This document shows, piece after piece, positions 27,501 to 42,500 of a stretch of DNA of 64,000 nt. The notes beneath the pieces were generated by a model. That model was not told where the DNA came from. It worked only from the letters and a program-made list of their open reading frames with translations, and did not search any database. Location: the NCBI GenBank assembly GCA_051294905.1, contig CM119372.1:32428001-32492000 (forward strand), given 5' to 3'. Positions within the stretch are counted from its first letter, which is position 1; each line of letters begins with the position of its first letter. A program made the translations under genes and the position numbers. The stretch comes from Botryllus schlosseri (lineage: Eukaryota).

Positions 27501-30500
27501 ACATCAATACACATTACACAAGTTACTATTTTAACTTAGGCAGAGTGGTGATTAAGTATCCTGTTGCGAGGTACTGGCGTGTGAAACGTTTTGATAACCT
27601 GATATACAGCACGGTAGGTGTTCTTACGATCAGACTAATGTACGTACATCGAATATATCTATTTGCTGTGGATACTTGTTACGCAATGACTAGCAAAGCT
27701 AATATGGTACTTCTGACGTGATAATGAGCAATGGCATTTGAAAATCAGACGTTTGTGTTATCACGAGCGTGGTATAATATCTCTTCATTGTTCGAGAATG
27801 TTCAGTTTATGTCATAGTCCTTGTACAAATAAAAAGTAATCGTTCTTTCACAAAGAAATCGATTAGATATGGTAAGTAGTCGATTACGATTACGATTACT
27901 TCGGAATTTTTTCGAATGTAATCGATTGCGATTACGATTACTTCAAAATGCTGTAATCGTCGTAATCGATTACGATTACTAATCGCGATTACCCCATGTC
28001 TGCTTCTGAGTCGGGGTCAAATTACCTTACCCAGATAAACGGGCCTGGATAATCTTTCGCGTCAAAGGCCATTGATTAACCGACTACGTCAACTCGAAAT
28101 ATCTTCTTCTTTTCGACAATGTCGCGAGAAGCGTTTTTAGTCCTGTTACCTTGCTCATTTCCAACTGACCGAACTACGAAAACAATACAGTGCCAAAGAA
28201 AACATCTGGTAACAACGACACTCGGTCATCCAAAAAATGATTGAATGGGAAACGAATGATTGTGTAAACTGCGCAGTTTAGGGAGTGAGCTGGGAGTTGT
28301 CACGCGCCTATCTTCACCTGTGACAGTTTGAATCCCAAGTCGAAGCGAACATGGTGGCAGGCTCAATGTTACCTCACAATGCTACAGGAACTGACGAAGT
28401 TCAGAGTCTGTTTAACATTTGATGTTTCATTTATTTTATTGATGGGCCATTACAGCTGGCATTTTTCAAGTAGGGTATACCATTTTAATCTATCTTGCGT
28501 ATCGGCAGAAAAGTGGCCGTGGACCGGCGGTGAAGAACCACTGGCATAGATCATGATGGCCAAACTCAACTAGTCTTTGGACACTGAAGACGTATGACAA
28601 CTCGTACCCCGTAAATTGCCCATTTGTTCGATTCCATAGCCACGAAGGAAGACTTTCGGCGATTTTGATCTAGAATTAGGATTTTAGCGAATATGTGCTA
28701 TACCAATTTCGCCCAAATGTACCAACGTCATTATAATGTATAAAATGTAACATTTCACACTTCAGAAACTCCCAGAAATCTACAACCTCCAATTACCTTC
28801 CTTTGGTGCACGAAAAGCGGCTCCCCATTTTCACAGTAAAATCGTCCGTCCGAACAATATTTCTCGTCAGAGGCATCGTCGCAAGTAATGTGGAAATCGC
28901 ATACAAGGGCGCTGTCTATATTCACCTACGTTCGATGATAACGAAATACAAACAGTCAAGCATAGCACTACACTCAAAATCAGGAGCTCCCTAACTGTGG
29001 ACCTTTCTCAGGGGGTCCATGAAAAAATTCATTAACACTTATAATATGTACGACTACTTCACCATAACAAAAATCGATTGAATTTGAAGCTGCAAAAATA
29101 AACGATGACCCGATTGAGCTCTGGGAGAGATAGTCTGACCATATTTTGGCAGAATTAAGGAAAACCTACACTAACCTTAAGGAAATTGTCATGCTAATCA
29201 TTGTTGTTACTTCCTAGATACAAAGCAGCGCAGTGTCGTGGATATTCAATATGACACGCTGCTTGCTCTATCCACCACTAAAACCGCAATTAAGACATTG
29301 TCAGTGAAAACAAAATACAATCCCACCCATTGCAGCAACTGAATATGAAATAAGTGTTACAGGTTCATCTACTGCAATCCACGAAAATAAATCTTTAAAC
29401 ACAACTACTCGTACCTTCTCGCCACCTAGAGCCGAACATTGAAATCGTGAGTCTCCGCAAAGCTCCTCGCTTTCGTCGGTGCCGTTACGACAGTCCAGGT
29501 GTCCGTCACATGTCTGTAACAGAGATGAGGAATAAGCATGTTTTGTATCTGGATTTAAAGGTTTCGAGTAGATTTGGATTCAGAAGTATGTTTAGGTTAA
29601 ACGTAGAGTAAGATTTGGACTGTGATGTTGAACTTATAATAATCAGCTATTTTATTTTCCTTATTTGATCAAAGCACGCAATGTACAATACATACGACAC
29701 ACTTCGATGTAATGACCAGATATGACGACGCAATGTTGGGATGACGGCAGTCATGTTCCTGGGCTGACTTCACGACTGGTAACAGTATAGGAGAAATGTT
29801 GGGATAGGAGAAGTGACGAGTGGTGAGGTTCATGGTTGGTGAGGAATCGACCCCTTTACAGTCATATTTACTAATATATATAGCCTACCCAAAATGGAAG
29901 CTGATTCAGTTGGCGACTTGTTTGCCGTCATATTAGCACTGTTCACACGCAGAGTGCGTAAGAAGCGACTATATATATTTATATATAACAACTACATCAG
30001 TGAGGGAATTTATTTTCTCTGCGACTACATGTTAGCCGTCACAAATACACGATTCATGCAGATACATCCCTGTTTCATCTACAGTAGTGGTTCTTAACCT
30101 TCTTTCCTCCAGTGCCCCCTTTCAAAAATTATCGGGCCCCCTATATTGTATGGACTGCAATAAAGACAAGGGGTAAGAGGGAGGGCCGTAACAGCACTTC
30201 ATCAGCCCCCCTAAAAAACGATTGTTTAGCGCACGCATAGCGTGATAAACCAGACTTGTGGGGAGTGGTTTCGATGGTCAGCAAAGTATGTGTGGCCTGG
30301 TCGCCCTAGGCGCAAAATTTTTCGATAATGCATGAATGAATACGTGGTAATTGCATATACATGTCGCTATAAACTTTTTATCCTCTCAGTCCACGTAATC
30401 AGATTTACCAATAGCGCCGAGTGAGGTGTTGTCTTGGAAGATGAAGGCCACGTAAATAATGATTAAACATATTCGGGCGTATACCCGTTGGTACAATTAT

Positions 30501-33500
30501 TCCGTTACCAGAGGTGGTCAGTAACGAAGTACTTTTACTTTTCGAAGTACTAAAGTAGTTTCCCTCTACTTCTGGTACTTACTCAAGTAGATCTGATTTT
30601 CGCTACTTCTACTTCTACTTCGTAATATTTTGTGATCTACTTACTTACGTTTCGCTATTTTCAGTTTGTCAAGTAGAAGTAGTTCAATCTCCCAATCAGG
30701 AAGATAGCCTGAGGAATTTCGGGGCTGTTTTCACGGAGTATCAACATTTAATTTTCATAAAAGTTTAGTAAAGCCCAGAATTTTCGTCGCGCTTCGCGCG
30801 CAGTAGATCCGGAGTGACCAGTATGATTTCACGGAAGTATCGGTGAATATAATTTAGCTAAAGGGTTGGCGTGGTTCCGTTCACACCACATTGTCGCCCT
30901 TCGCCCATATCAAATAATTCATCACAGTATATATGGCTCATCATAACGTTTGAAACTGATGTTTCGTAATCTAGCATTTACTTGTCATATCGTAATCTAG
31001 CATGTCCATGGCGTGTCCAAATCTGGAAAAGTGGACTCCGACTTTTTTTTTAGTTTTAGAGCTGTTTTAGCATACCACCTTTGAAACTTTCTGGACTAAT
31101 AACATGTAATGAATATTCTGCTTTTAGAAGTAGTATTTATATTTCACTTTCAATTCTCAGCATCATATACTTTGAGTTATAATTAATATCAGTTCTTTTG
31201 TCTGGATAACATACATGTTGAAGTATAAAAGCAAGTGTAGTAATCCCTTTAATTTCTGGAAATAAAGCTACGCAATATGGCATTTTAAGGTCCACCATAT
31301 TTTTTATTAACGTTTACTAATCGTTTACACCGTATCCTATACAACTTCTCCGTATTGCTCTACGACTAAACTATACTGGCCTTATAATATGGGTAATGGC
31401 GCCATATCATGCTATTTTCTAAAACGTGCTGTTCGAGAAAACAGAGGACTAGCATCGCATTTCCATATCAATACTATCATTTTCATCCCATGTTGTGGAC
31501 GAATACTTATGCTATCGAGAATTGGATACCTGCAGGTATGCATCAATATGAATCAAGCTCGTCACCTATCGCATAGCTCAACTTGCACCTTTTTACAATC
31601 CTTGTGAACGAATTAGGATCGTTTTCATAACTACTTACATACTTGAGTACTTTTAAAGTCAGTCATTTATATTTCTACTTCAAGTAGGCCTAGCTTTAGG
31701 TTGCTTATGGAAGAAGTACTTCTACTCGTACTTGAGTCGATTTTTTTCGTCGCTACTTCTACTTCTACTTGAGTAGATTTCTTGACTACTTTGAACACCT
31801 CTGTTCGTTACATGTTGCTATTTTATTACCTCTTGTCCACTATATAGTCAAAAGGTATTGAAACGCATAAACGTATTAAACTGAAGTAAGCATACGATTC
31901 AAAATTGGTATTTCTTCACTGGCTGATAATTTTTTTCTGATGGATGATATTTGTTCTGTGGGGTGCAGACTGCTACGGCATGATAATTCGACACGAGTGA
32001 TTCAAGCACCTATTAGGGACAATTAGACTTATATACATCGAAGTGTACGGTCATCATAAGGGCAATCCTCTTCGGTTAAGGTTGTCGCGCTGGCGATCTT
32101 TTGGCACACGTCTCGGAGTCCCATATTGGCCGGAACTTCATATGTCTTCGTACATCGTAGCGTGGTAATGGCCGACGCCGAAACGCCTATTTCTATGTTC
32201 TATAATTATGCGTATTTTTCGTGGGGGAGTCGTCATAACATTATGTGTAATTTATGTTCATTCATCGAAATAGTGTAGGGCATCTAACTTACATAAATAT
32301 CCCGTGACTTATATGGTGTTGAAAATTTTGAAATGACATGCTACCACATTTAAAATTACTGACACGCCGTATGTATAAATACACCCGTATCCGAACGGTA
32401 ACCCGAACAACTTACATTAGATGACTTGGAATTGACTTTAATTTTATTAAATCCAGATCACGTTTCATATTGCGCTTCAAATCCATGTCCAAATCCGTGT
32501 CTCAAATTCATTTAAAAGTCGGATGAAATTTGAAACATGTTTACACTCAATGCCGATACCCAAACGACAGCAGTCGTATCATTGTAAATGCAAAACCGTA
32601 GGTAATTTTATAATCCATTCACAGTCTTTACTATTGCTCTTTTCCAATCCAAAGCTAAATCCTCCTTCCACTCTTCGGAGGTCATACGTCAGGGGCCGGC
32701 AACCTTTTGTGTGGAGCGTGCCAAAATGTCAAAAATGTCCATTTTTTATCAGCTTGCTTGCCAAACATTCAATTTATTAACATTCAACGTTTCAAGCAAG
32801 GAATACCACCAACCGTTTTTCTGCAGCGGGCAACGGCATATCCGTCACGCCAGTGATTCTTGATTGGTCGCGAAGGGAATAAATGTTGGTCGCTACCGCA
32901 CCCGACCTGTCGTTTACATGTCGTGATGTTTACATAATTTATTTTCAGTCGCGCAATAGGGCAATGATCGATCTTCTGTGGTTGATTTGGTCGTTTCCAA
33001 GCCCAGGGTGTTCGGTACCAGATCCGATAAGTGACAGGCCAATCAGTGTCGTTACCATGTTATCGTATGATGATGATGAAAATGTGCCCAACCCTGTATC
33101 ATTCAAGTCGGTTTGTTGTCATATTAAGGTCGGTCTGACACTGATAGCGATAGATTTGTCTGCAAAAGTCGCGGTAATGAGGTAAAGATTGTCGTTGCTG
33201 CAGATATAATGGAATCGCTTGCACACTAGACGAAACTTGAATAATATCTCCTTCCGAAAGGCGACCACGATTCCAAATTCGCATTTCGAAACGGGGCTCA
33301 TTATTCTCCCCGAAGGTCACATTTGAGACGTGCGGCTGAAGCTGCGGGCGCTGGACTATTCGGCGCTGGTCACTTCGGCGACTTGGCAGCGAACATATCA
33401 ATGTTGAACGTTTTGGCCAGCATGCGGCGGTTATTATGTTTCAAGGTTTTATCGCCGCTAATCATTTTGGCAACGCATACACCGCATGGGAGTCGCATGG

Positions 33501-36500
33501 TCGCATGTTGTCCGAAACTTTATGTCTAGGCCGCGTCTTCTATAGCTTGAAAATGCCCAGCGCCGGAATGCCGATTCTTAAGTTGCGCTCGTGTAGGCTT
33601 CACACTGAATAACACTCCTAGACTAAAGCATCCAAACCAGGGCTTTGGAGCCGGATCCGCAGCAAGGAGCCGGTTTTATGAAGAGTAGCTCGGGCTCCGA
33701 TGTATTGCATATGAGGCTATGCTTTTACTGATGACTGAATTTACATAATTTTCCGATAATCGTTCAAAAAATTAGGAATTGTTGCCTCGTTGGCACCTCC
33801 TTTTCTAATTAACCAGTAACCAAGTTTAATTGTTCAATGCTTATACACATGCGCCAAACCTGGCTAGGCTGGATTTGTCGCGCTTGCCCCGTCATTACTG
33901 CATTATAGGAATACCCTCAAATTCGTAATCAGCACAACATCGACGGCCAATTGTGTGGTTCGAAAAATAATGAGAACCATGCAAGTTACAAAACGGGATT
34001 GATGCTTTTGTGAGATAAGCTATATGCCTAATTAGTATTGAGACGAATATAAAAGCGACGCCATAGGATATAACCGTGGCATTATTGCACAGGGCACTTG
34101 TTGATTTATAGGCGCGCATGCCGCACGCCGAGAAACATTGTCTCCACTCTTCTTTCTGAATTGGACGAGCAAATGCACGCTCTTCGTTGATAGTTTGTTA
34201 ATCGCTTCGCAGCGCCAAATTAGATAGTGTGTTTTCATTTTCGCCTGTGAATTGAAATCCATTCAAGCGCACGATCGTTTACTCCAGTAACGATTTGCGA
34301 ACGTCAATAAGGAAATGCATCGAAGCCGCCCAGATCTCTATTGTAGTCTGCCTGCATAGCCCAGGCCTGGGCAAAGTGCGGCTCGCGGAGCTATTCTGTT
34401 CGGCCCGCGAAAGGTTGCTTGAAATTGAAAATATAAAACCTACTTTTTAATGTTGCTGCATGGACTAAAACCATAGGATGTATAAACTGAACCTGAAATT
34501 TACCATCAAGCCTGTTCATTAACATGCCGTAATTACGCAGCCTACATACGTGCCCCACATGCCTAATCCAGATTCAAAGTAAAGTCAATGTAGCAAATTA
34601 TGTCATTACAATTAAAGTCACAAGAAGTCACCAAACCTGCTTTGTTGCCATTGCTACATTACGCATTACACGGTCTGTGTTTCAAATTGTTACGTGATGC
34701 GTTTCCAAATCCCTAATTCGTAATACAAGTCAAACAGTGTCCGTGATTTCTATGAGTATATCACCACCCATAAAGGATGTCAAAAAGAAATCCGAAAGCT
34801 TAAATTCAAAGATGGTTCGGAGGACTAAATATTTGTTTACTACCCGTCTTTTTAGGAGTTAGTGCCGAGAAAGTCGCCGTATTTAAGGAGTATAATTTAG
34901 GTCGGTTCTATGACAAAATCACGAAGACATACACTCGATTAAGACACGGCGAATTTCGGAATAACTGTAAGCTTGGCTCAATAACAAGGCCATTTCGGTA
35001 AGCTGCAGACTTCTCGAAAACCAGCTATCAAGACAATAAGCTTTATAGTATCCCAAGGACCGAAACTGGCGCATCCCAAACCCCCAATTGCGAGGCGAGC
35101 TCGACGGGCGCCCAAAATTATTTCGTGAATAAACATGAATTATAGAGTATTTTTTGGAAATTTATTCAACTTCTTTCAAATACGCGCGATTTAGAGATCA
35201 ATGGTTTATAGAATTGGCCATTTCGGCGTCAGCCATTGCCGCGCCACGACTCACCAAAATATATGAAGTTTAGGCCAACACGGGATAACGAGAATGCACT
35301 TCAATTGCAACTGCTGATCAAATTCACTGAGTAAAGGCGAAAAAGCTCGACAGCGAGAAAACCTTGGCCGAAAAGAACTGCCCTTATGTCTTTTGGTTTA
35401 GTACGCTTTGACGATTTCAATATCTTTTCACATAGCAGACATGAGGTCACGAAATAACAGCATGCAACGAAGTATTTATGCGAACGAACGGACACTCTCG
35501 AATATTTCCAAGACAGCGCCTCACTCAGCTCTAGCCGTAAAACAGAGTACGTGGGCTGAGAGAGGTTAACAAAATATAGCAATATATATGCAATTATCAA
35601 TATTATTGACCGATTGAATCACGAATCATTGTAAAATTCCGCGCTTCGCGCGATTAGGGCATAAGACATGGCCAATCATAGTGTATACAAGAAATCTCGC
35701 TCAGAAGTAGTGTTAAAAACGTGCATCCCGATGGGGTCTGGTCTAGGGGCGAAGCCCCAGGAGTTTGATTTATACCTCTATGGGGGGCCCAAGACCAAAG
35801 TCTGGGGGCTGACAAGGGGCTGTTTCTGCCATCCAAAACACTTTAAAATGCATTGATAGAAAAACGCGGATAGGGGTTTAAAGAAGGATCGAAATGTATC
35901 ATGTTTAACATTGTTTCAAAATATGACGGCAAATAAATACTTTTTTTGTTTGTAATCAACTGTAACTTTCTCATTCCCCAATATCAACACATCCACTGAG
36001 CACGATTTAGTCAAATTCACTGCTTTCCGTTGGGGAAGCGAGTGGCGCAGTTGGTTAAACGCTGTAGTCACGACATCGATGGTTGATGGTTCGAGTCTCG
36101 GCTCTGCCATCTTTCTATGTGTCGGGGGTTTATCTGGGCTCCTCATCGCCGATCCCGCTGTAATACAGCGCATTGAAAAGCCCAGACAAAGAGAGAGCCG
36201 AACTCGTGAAAGGAGGCACAGCAAATGAGCCGAAAAAAAGACTGAAGTTCATGAAGACATGCCATTATGCGATTATGAAATTTACTGTGTGGGCGCAAAT
36301 AACCACGAGTTGCAAGCGCCAATTATATGAGTTAATAAAAACAACAATTTAGAAATAAAAGCAATACGCTGGAGAATAGAGCTAAAATTTCTGACTCGGC
36401 CCGCCAACATATTTTATGATTCGCATTTGGCCCACGGAGAAAAATAATTGCCCACCCCTAGATAGCCTATACAATTGCCGCGATGCAAGCTAGTACGAAC

Positions 36501-39500
36501 TGGTAACGAGCGCAGCAACATCGAATTTGAAGCCATTGGGCTTATTTGTTAAAAAGTTGATTTCTGCTGATAAGGTCGCAACATGCGCTCATTTCTGTAG
36601 TTACATCTGTACAAATCGCACCATTTCCAAAATATCCGAGAGTGCATGGCTCGATGTTAACGAGCGCAGTACCGGTATTAAAATCATCACGTCACTGTTT
36701 CAATGACGTATCATGTGTACAATGTCCAATTTGAGGAAATAGTGTTCTCGAGCAGATATGACGTCATCGACAGATGACACGAAATAATTATAAAGTCACA
36801 GGACTGGGCATACCCCCACAAAATGTTGGTTCTTTGCGACGGCTACAACCGAACCATAGTTGCCGGAGCAGTTGTATCAATGAGCTTCGGAGCTTGGAGC
36901 CGGAGCTAATTCATCATAGAAGAGAGCTCCGGAGCCGGAGCTGGAGCAGTTTAAAATTTACGACTGCTTCAAAGCCCTGATCCGAACGGTTTCATACGAT
37001 ATTCGGTTGACGTTCTTTCATAACTGCTAATACGATTGACTCATTTCTGTTCATAATGCATAGTTTTTAAAAACATTTTCTATATACATATATCTTTATT
37101 TATTGGGCGTTCCGACATTAAAATCAAGACATCAGGTTCCAAGAAATTGCGAGAAGCTCGGATAAGTAAAATCTGCTCCAAAAGACTCTATTTCATGTTG
37201 ATTTACGAAATAATTTTGGATCGCCTACGAGCTTTGTACATTTTGGAAACTTCTGTTTCACTTTCTGCAAAAACATGGTCCTAATATGTCGTTTGCGTGA
37301 AATCATTTGGCGTGCCAAAAAAATCATCTCGCGTGCCACAAATGGGACGCGTGCCGGGGTTTGCCAACCCCTGTCCTACGTTTACCTTATTCAGATCAAT
37401 GCTAATAATTATCCCATTGATGACGTCACATCGAAAGCGATTCGGGCAGTTCTCTTCGTCATCTCCCTTCGCACAGTCCTGAACTCCGTCGCACTTGTGC
37501 GATTCGTTGTACGCCGTTAGGAAATTTGAAACTCCGACCTAAAATTGCAGTAAAACATTTTGTGAATTGGACTGCAAAATATGCAGCGTGTTTATAACGC
37601 ATAGCGTACGTTGTCCAAGTGATATAACCTACATTGCGTGCAGGAAGATTTTACTCCAACCATGCTATATGGCATTATTTCACGTACCACATGTAAACAA
37701 TTTTCTTTGGAATTTAGGTCGTAAAAACCATAAATAAAATTTCTAGTATCATCCAAATTTCGCGCGAATTTTGAATTTATTTTTTAATCCAAAAAGCATT
37801 GTTGATTGTAAAATGAATTTCCTGTCATCAAATTTTAGGAGATTAGGGTTACAGCAACAGGAACACCGATGGAAATAAGACTTGATCAATCTCTCCAAGG
37901 TTGGACTTACCGAGGTTAATGAGTCCGTCGCCACAGGTTTACAAGGAATTGTTTGTGTAATTGTGAGAGAAAATCCACGCATCAGATTCGCGCATTGGTA
38001 ATTCCACCTCGGGACCTCGTCGCAAAACGCATCACATTCGTCCTCCGGGCGACCATTTGTGTCCATGTCTCCGGGAAAAGCTAACGAACAGTATCACTGA
38101 CCCTGTCTAGGATTGCACTATGCATACACGGCTAGTGATGTTATTACTACAATATCTGTTCCATTTTATAACTCTTTCGACCATATATCCTCATGGTGCG
38201 CAAACCTGTCGTTAGCAGGCTACAGGTTAACTATGTGCAACTGTGGACCGCAAGTAGGATGTCTAGGAGTTACAATGCACACCGTCTTATTCATCAATAA
38301 AGTTCGGTTTCGCGCTACACATAACAATAGTCAAGGCCAAACCATTTTCAGGCCAAACTACTTCGTAAGGACAAATAGTTCCAACCAAAAATGAAGATAA
38401 GTATAGTACAATTCTAACATTATGTCGGGAAATACTTAATTTGCATACGTTAGGTTAAAATTGGGTCAAAATTAATTTTTTAAGGTCGCAAAATGTCACA
38501 ATTTTGATTATTTAGGTGAAAATCTCCCGTTTTTAGGTATAAACATCGCCCCAGTCGACACAAATCAAATGTATATGAGTTCTGTGTGTCTTGACCTCCT
38601 GTGGAACCCCCAACATCGTCTGATAGAACCCCTGCTGTTCCGTGGAACACTGATTAAGAACCATTGCACTACAATGCTGTGGAGTTGCCTATACGAAATA
38701 GCCTACGCAATTTATCCCTGTCTCATGTATAGGTGATCACTAAACAGTGACCATACTTGTTCTAAATATTACGGCAGGCCCATATATGCTGTTCTGTGCC
38801 GCGCCTAAAACTCTTGAGAGGTTGTCAATACCATATACGGCAGTTCCGTCGCTGCATGCTACATGCTAACGGGTGGCAGTTCGAGTCACACTGAAAAGCA
38901 TGCTTGTATGGATGATTTCGCATCATCTGACTTCGGTATATCCGCCCAGGTTAACATGCGGGTAAAGTGGGCCTATTTATAAAATAACAAGTAATAGTGC
39001 TTGGAAGCTATATGAAACGACCCAGTCAGCACCCCAGGATTCGAAAAAACATATAATCTATGGTTATCAATGACTTGTCTGTCTCTGCCCCAAGTCAGAG
39101 TATATTGGAAACCTATTCAGCCTCCCCTTCCACAGGCTTAGTAGGCCAAGACATCATCCCACCGTGGACCCAGATCTCGGAATATATTCACCCTGATACA
39201 CTTACCACTTGGGCAATCCGCCTTTCCGTCGCATGCAATTCCATACAAATTTTCGCACCGATTCCTACTGACGTGACACCTGATAAAAAGTTGAGGTGAA
39301 AATCATCACGTGAAGAAAACAGGGGTCTGTGCCACAAGCAGGCGTACCGACATCTTTCTTTTTTCCCGGCATCGCGACAGCTGATAGTCCCTTGACAGTA
39401 ATGGAATCTAGAAAGGTTGAAAATGTTACAATTTAATGAAAAGCCTTTTGTAAATTGCTTACATCTGAAACTTGACTCGATAAATATCTGTGAATAGGAT

Positions 39501-42500
39501 ACAAATGTTAGTCATAAACCTTTTCACTGGACACACACAGACACACTCCCATGATTATTGCTTAAATAACAGGTTTGACTCTCACTTTTCGTCGAGGTCA
39601 CAGTCAGGTATTCCATCACACACAGAGCGTCGTGTTATGCACTTCCCACTGCCACATTTTACGTGGCCGATTGGACATGTTGCGGCAATCTCGAGTCCCG
39701 ACCTCTTGCTTTCGGTATTGTTTGACGTTGCTGTCTGTGACAGATGTACAATTTACATGCTGCCGTGATAGCATTGGTTCTAGGCCTGACTGGAGGCGCA
39801 TCAAGTTTATATAATATTTCAAAAGGGGGCTGGCGGTATAAAATTTGAGTATTGCTTTAGGGACTACATTTATGGCGATATAATTTATTCAACTACAAGA
39901 CGTTTCGTGTGTGTCTTAGCAAGATTTAACGGCACAATAACAGGCATATGAACAGAGATTAAAATGAAAACCAATTCCGTGAAGCATGACGCATGAAGAT
40001 AATTTTTAAAATAACGCTAGACAGAGTGACAGAAAACATGGAAAACACGTGAGATTCAGTTTATAAATATTATACGGGAAATGTGTGTCATGTATTACAA
40101 GATTAAATTCATTTCGTTTGTTTTCAGGCCTACAATTAAGGACTTATAAACAAGTTCTTATTTAAATGTATATAAGGCAACTCTTTAATTTTTATTGCGA
40201 AGTTTTTTCTATGTTTGAGACAGCCTACACTCTACAGCAACTTTCGAAATTTACTTAACTTTCATCATGTTGCAAGGAATGTTTTTCAATGGGTTAAATT
40301 GATAATAATGAAATTAGCACCATGTACCTTGTCAACATAATCCACGACTTTATCGCATATTTTCGGCCTTCTCCTCACTCTTCCACAGAGGCATTCATCG
40401 GAAAGATCAGGACAGTCGATCACTCCGTCACAAACACTGGACGAAGGGATGATCATGTTGTTGTCCAAACATTGGAAACACTTGTCACGTAATATATTAC
40501 TAGCCGGCTGTCTTTCGTTCCTGAAACAATATTTCGATATTTCGTTGGATACTGCCATGATATTGCCATAAAAACTGGGGGATTGAGGGACAGTATAGAG
40601 CAGAGATCTCAAACACGCGGCCCGCGAGACCATTTTGTGCGGCCCACGACAGCATTTTGGATTTCGAAGTATTCGATATTTAACCGCCAAATAACTTTTT
40701 TCAATTTGAGAACTGGAAATTCGCTCTTAAACTACTCCAGTAGCTTGAAACTACTCATCAAACTTCACTATTACATCACTCTCAAAAGTTACCACGCCGT
40801 GGAAGATCAACTATTGCGTCACATTACTTGTTCATGATGGCAAAACATGACCCGTTGATGATTCGGAACTGAAAATTACTCGAATTCGGACTGGCTGGGT
40901 GATAAAATAGAAATGACTCGAGTTGAGTAGCGTTATTATCGCCAAGTAAATGTGGCGAGTATAACCTAGTCGTCGCCTACGCTTCACAGCTATAACACCT
41001 ATGGATTCTTCGGCGATTGAATATTTCTATTGCTACGGCACATTAATCAGTGTATTCAAGTTGTTATAGATCTGTTCCAACATTCGGAGGTAAATCTAAC
41101 CCTGATTTACTTTAACTTTGGTAATGACATGATCAATAGCCTATTCGTTATCAGGGGTACGCTCGAAACCTGGATTAGGCTGTATACCACTCCAATGCTC
41201 TGATATCAGATTAATCTTTGCAAAATTCTAAAATATTTTACCTATGATTGTGACACGTAAAATGTCCGCTACCTTGGAAATTATAACGCGATAGCTTTTA
41301 CGATGTCCTGAGGCATTTGTACTCTCGCATTGTGTCTACAACTAAATATACAGCCACTATGGCAAGTACAGTAACAATTTTATTCTAATATTTTAAAATG
41401 TGATTTTTTTTTACGTGCTAGGAGTGAATTCACAATAGTTAATCACATTTTCACGATGCGTGTGGAATGTCAGTCTGCTAGGTGCCGTCAAATAAGGCCT
41501 ACTTGGAAATACATTGAATTACCCTATTATTGGTGCTGCGGGCCGCGGCGCCATCAAAAAGTAGGAAATTGCCGCGGAAGATCATTTGAATTTGAGAATC
41601 TCGGTGGTATAGAGGTATAAGATTATACCTTCGATAAATACAGGTATTTTCATCGACTTGGTAAATGGTCGCTAGTCGTGAAGATGCATATGAAAATTTA
41701 AAAATTGTCACCGCCGACAGGCTAGCATAATACTGCCACTTGGGCGGCATTTAAAACAAAAATCAATTTAACGAAACATGTTTAAAAAAAAGGCCCTTGT
41801 TTAGAGCATTTTTTTTTATGGTTGTTGATTTTGGGCAATGACGACATGAATATTTAATTGTGACATCATAGTGGATTGACATTGTCAATTAAAAATATAG
41901 GGTAAATATAGCTCCTTTGACTAAATAGGCTTCCAACCCTCTGTCATAAACGGACCAAAAATATTTTCAACCAAGACTACATCGTCATGCATCATTTTTA
42001 CGGTCGGCGGTCATAATCATCAGCACATTCATTCCGTATCAAGGATCTATATCTACGTACTATAACTGTTGAACCGACTATTTTGCTGGTTCCAACATCT
42101 CGTATCGTATACGTCGGCTTTATCGGGTGGTAATCGTCCGTAGCATCATGCAACATGTTTTTTGGAAAGTTTTTACACAGTTGTGGCATAATTATACAAC
42201 TTGAAAAAACACAATTTTTTAGTTTCTAAAAAAAGGACCTTGTTTGATACAGAAAGTATTTTAAACAGCCATTTGTTTTAAATGTAATCTTATCTGCAAC
42301 ACGTCGACTAGATCTAATTTCTCGAACTGTTTACCTCATTACTTGTCGGACTTTCCGTTTGCTACATCCATTTGAGGTGGTTTTCACATGACTTGAAAAT
42401 ATCTATTTCTACTTTAAAATGAGTAGAAGTTCGCGCTATCATTTATAGCCTACCTGTAAATAGGCTGCTTGATCACCAAAATTGACTAATTTAATCAACT

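Larger units (their letters stand above)
33638..36979. mobile_element. Non-autonomous hAT with GGAGCC repeats, second layer
   Basis: CAGGGCTTTG / CAAAGCCCTG; TSD ATCCAAAC vs ATCCGAAC (7/8). Confidence 0.85.
32690..37373. mobile_element. Non-autonomous hAT, outer shell of a nested stack
   Basis: CAGGGGCCGGCAA / TTGCCAACCCCTG; TSD TCATACGT vs TCCTACGT (7/8). Confidence 0.82.

Noticed and set aside
25680..27995. CRISPR-like or telomeric arrays (GATTAC, also GACTC, ATCCG and ACCGGT clusters elsewhere)
   Set aside because: No unique spacers or cas genes; arrays sit just inside TIRs with TSDs, i.e. transposon subterminal repeats in eukaryotic DNA.
38832..38890. Extra Cys-rich GPCR exon ([19 protein letters not shown])
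   Set aside because: Phase 0-2 does not fit between the phase-1 junctions of 39206 and 38080, which already join in frame.
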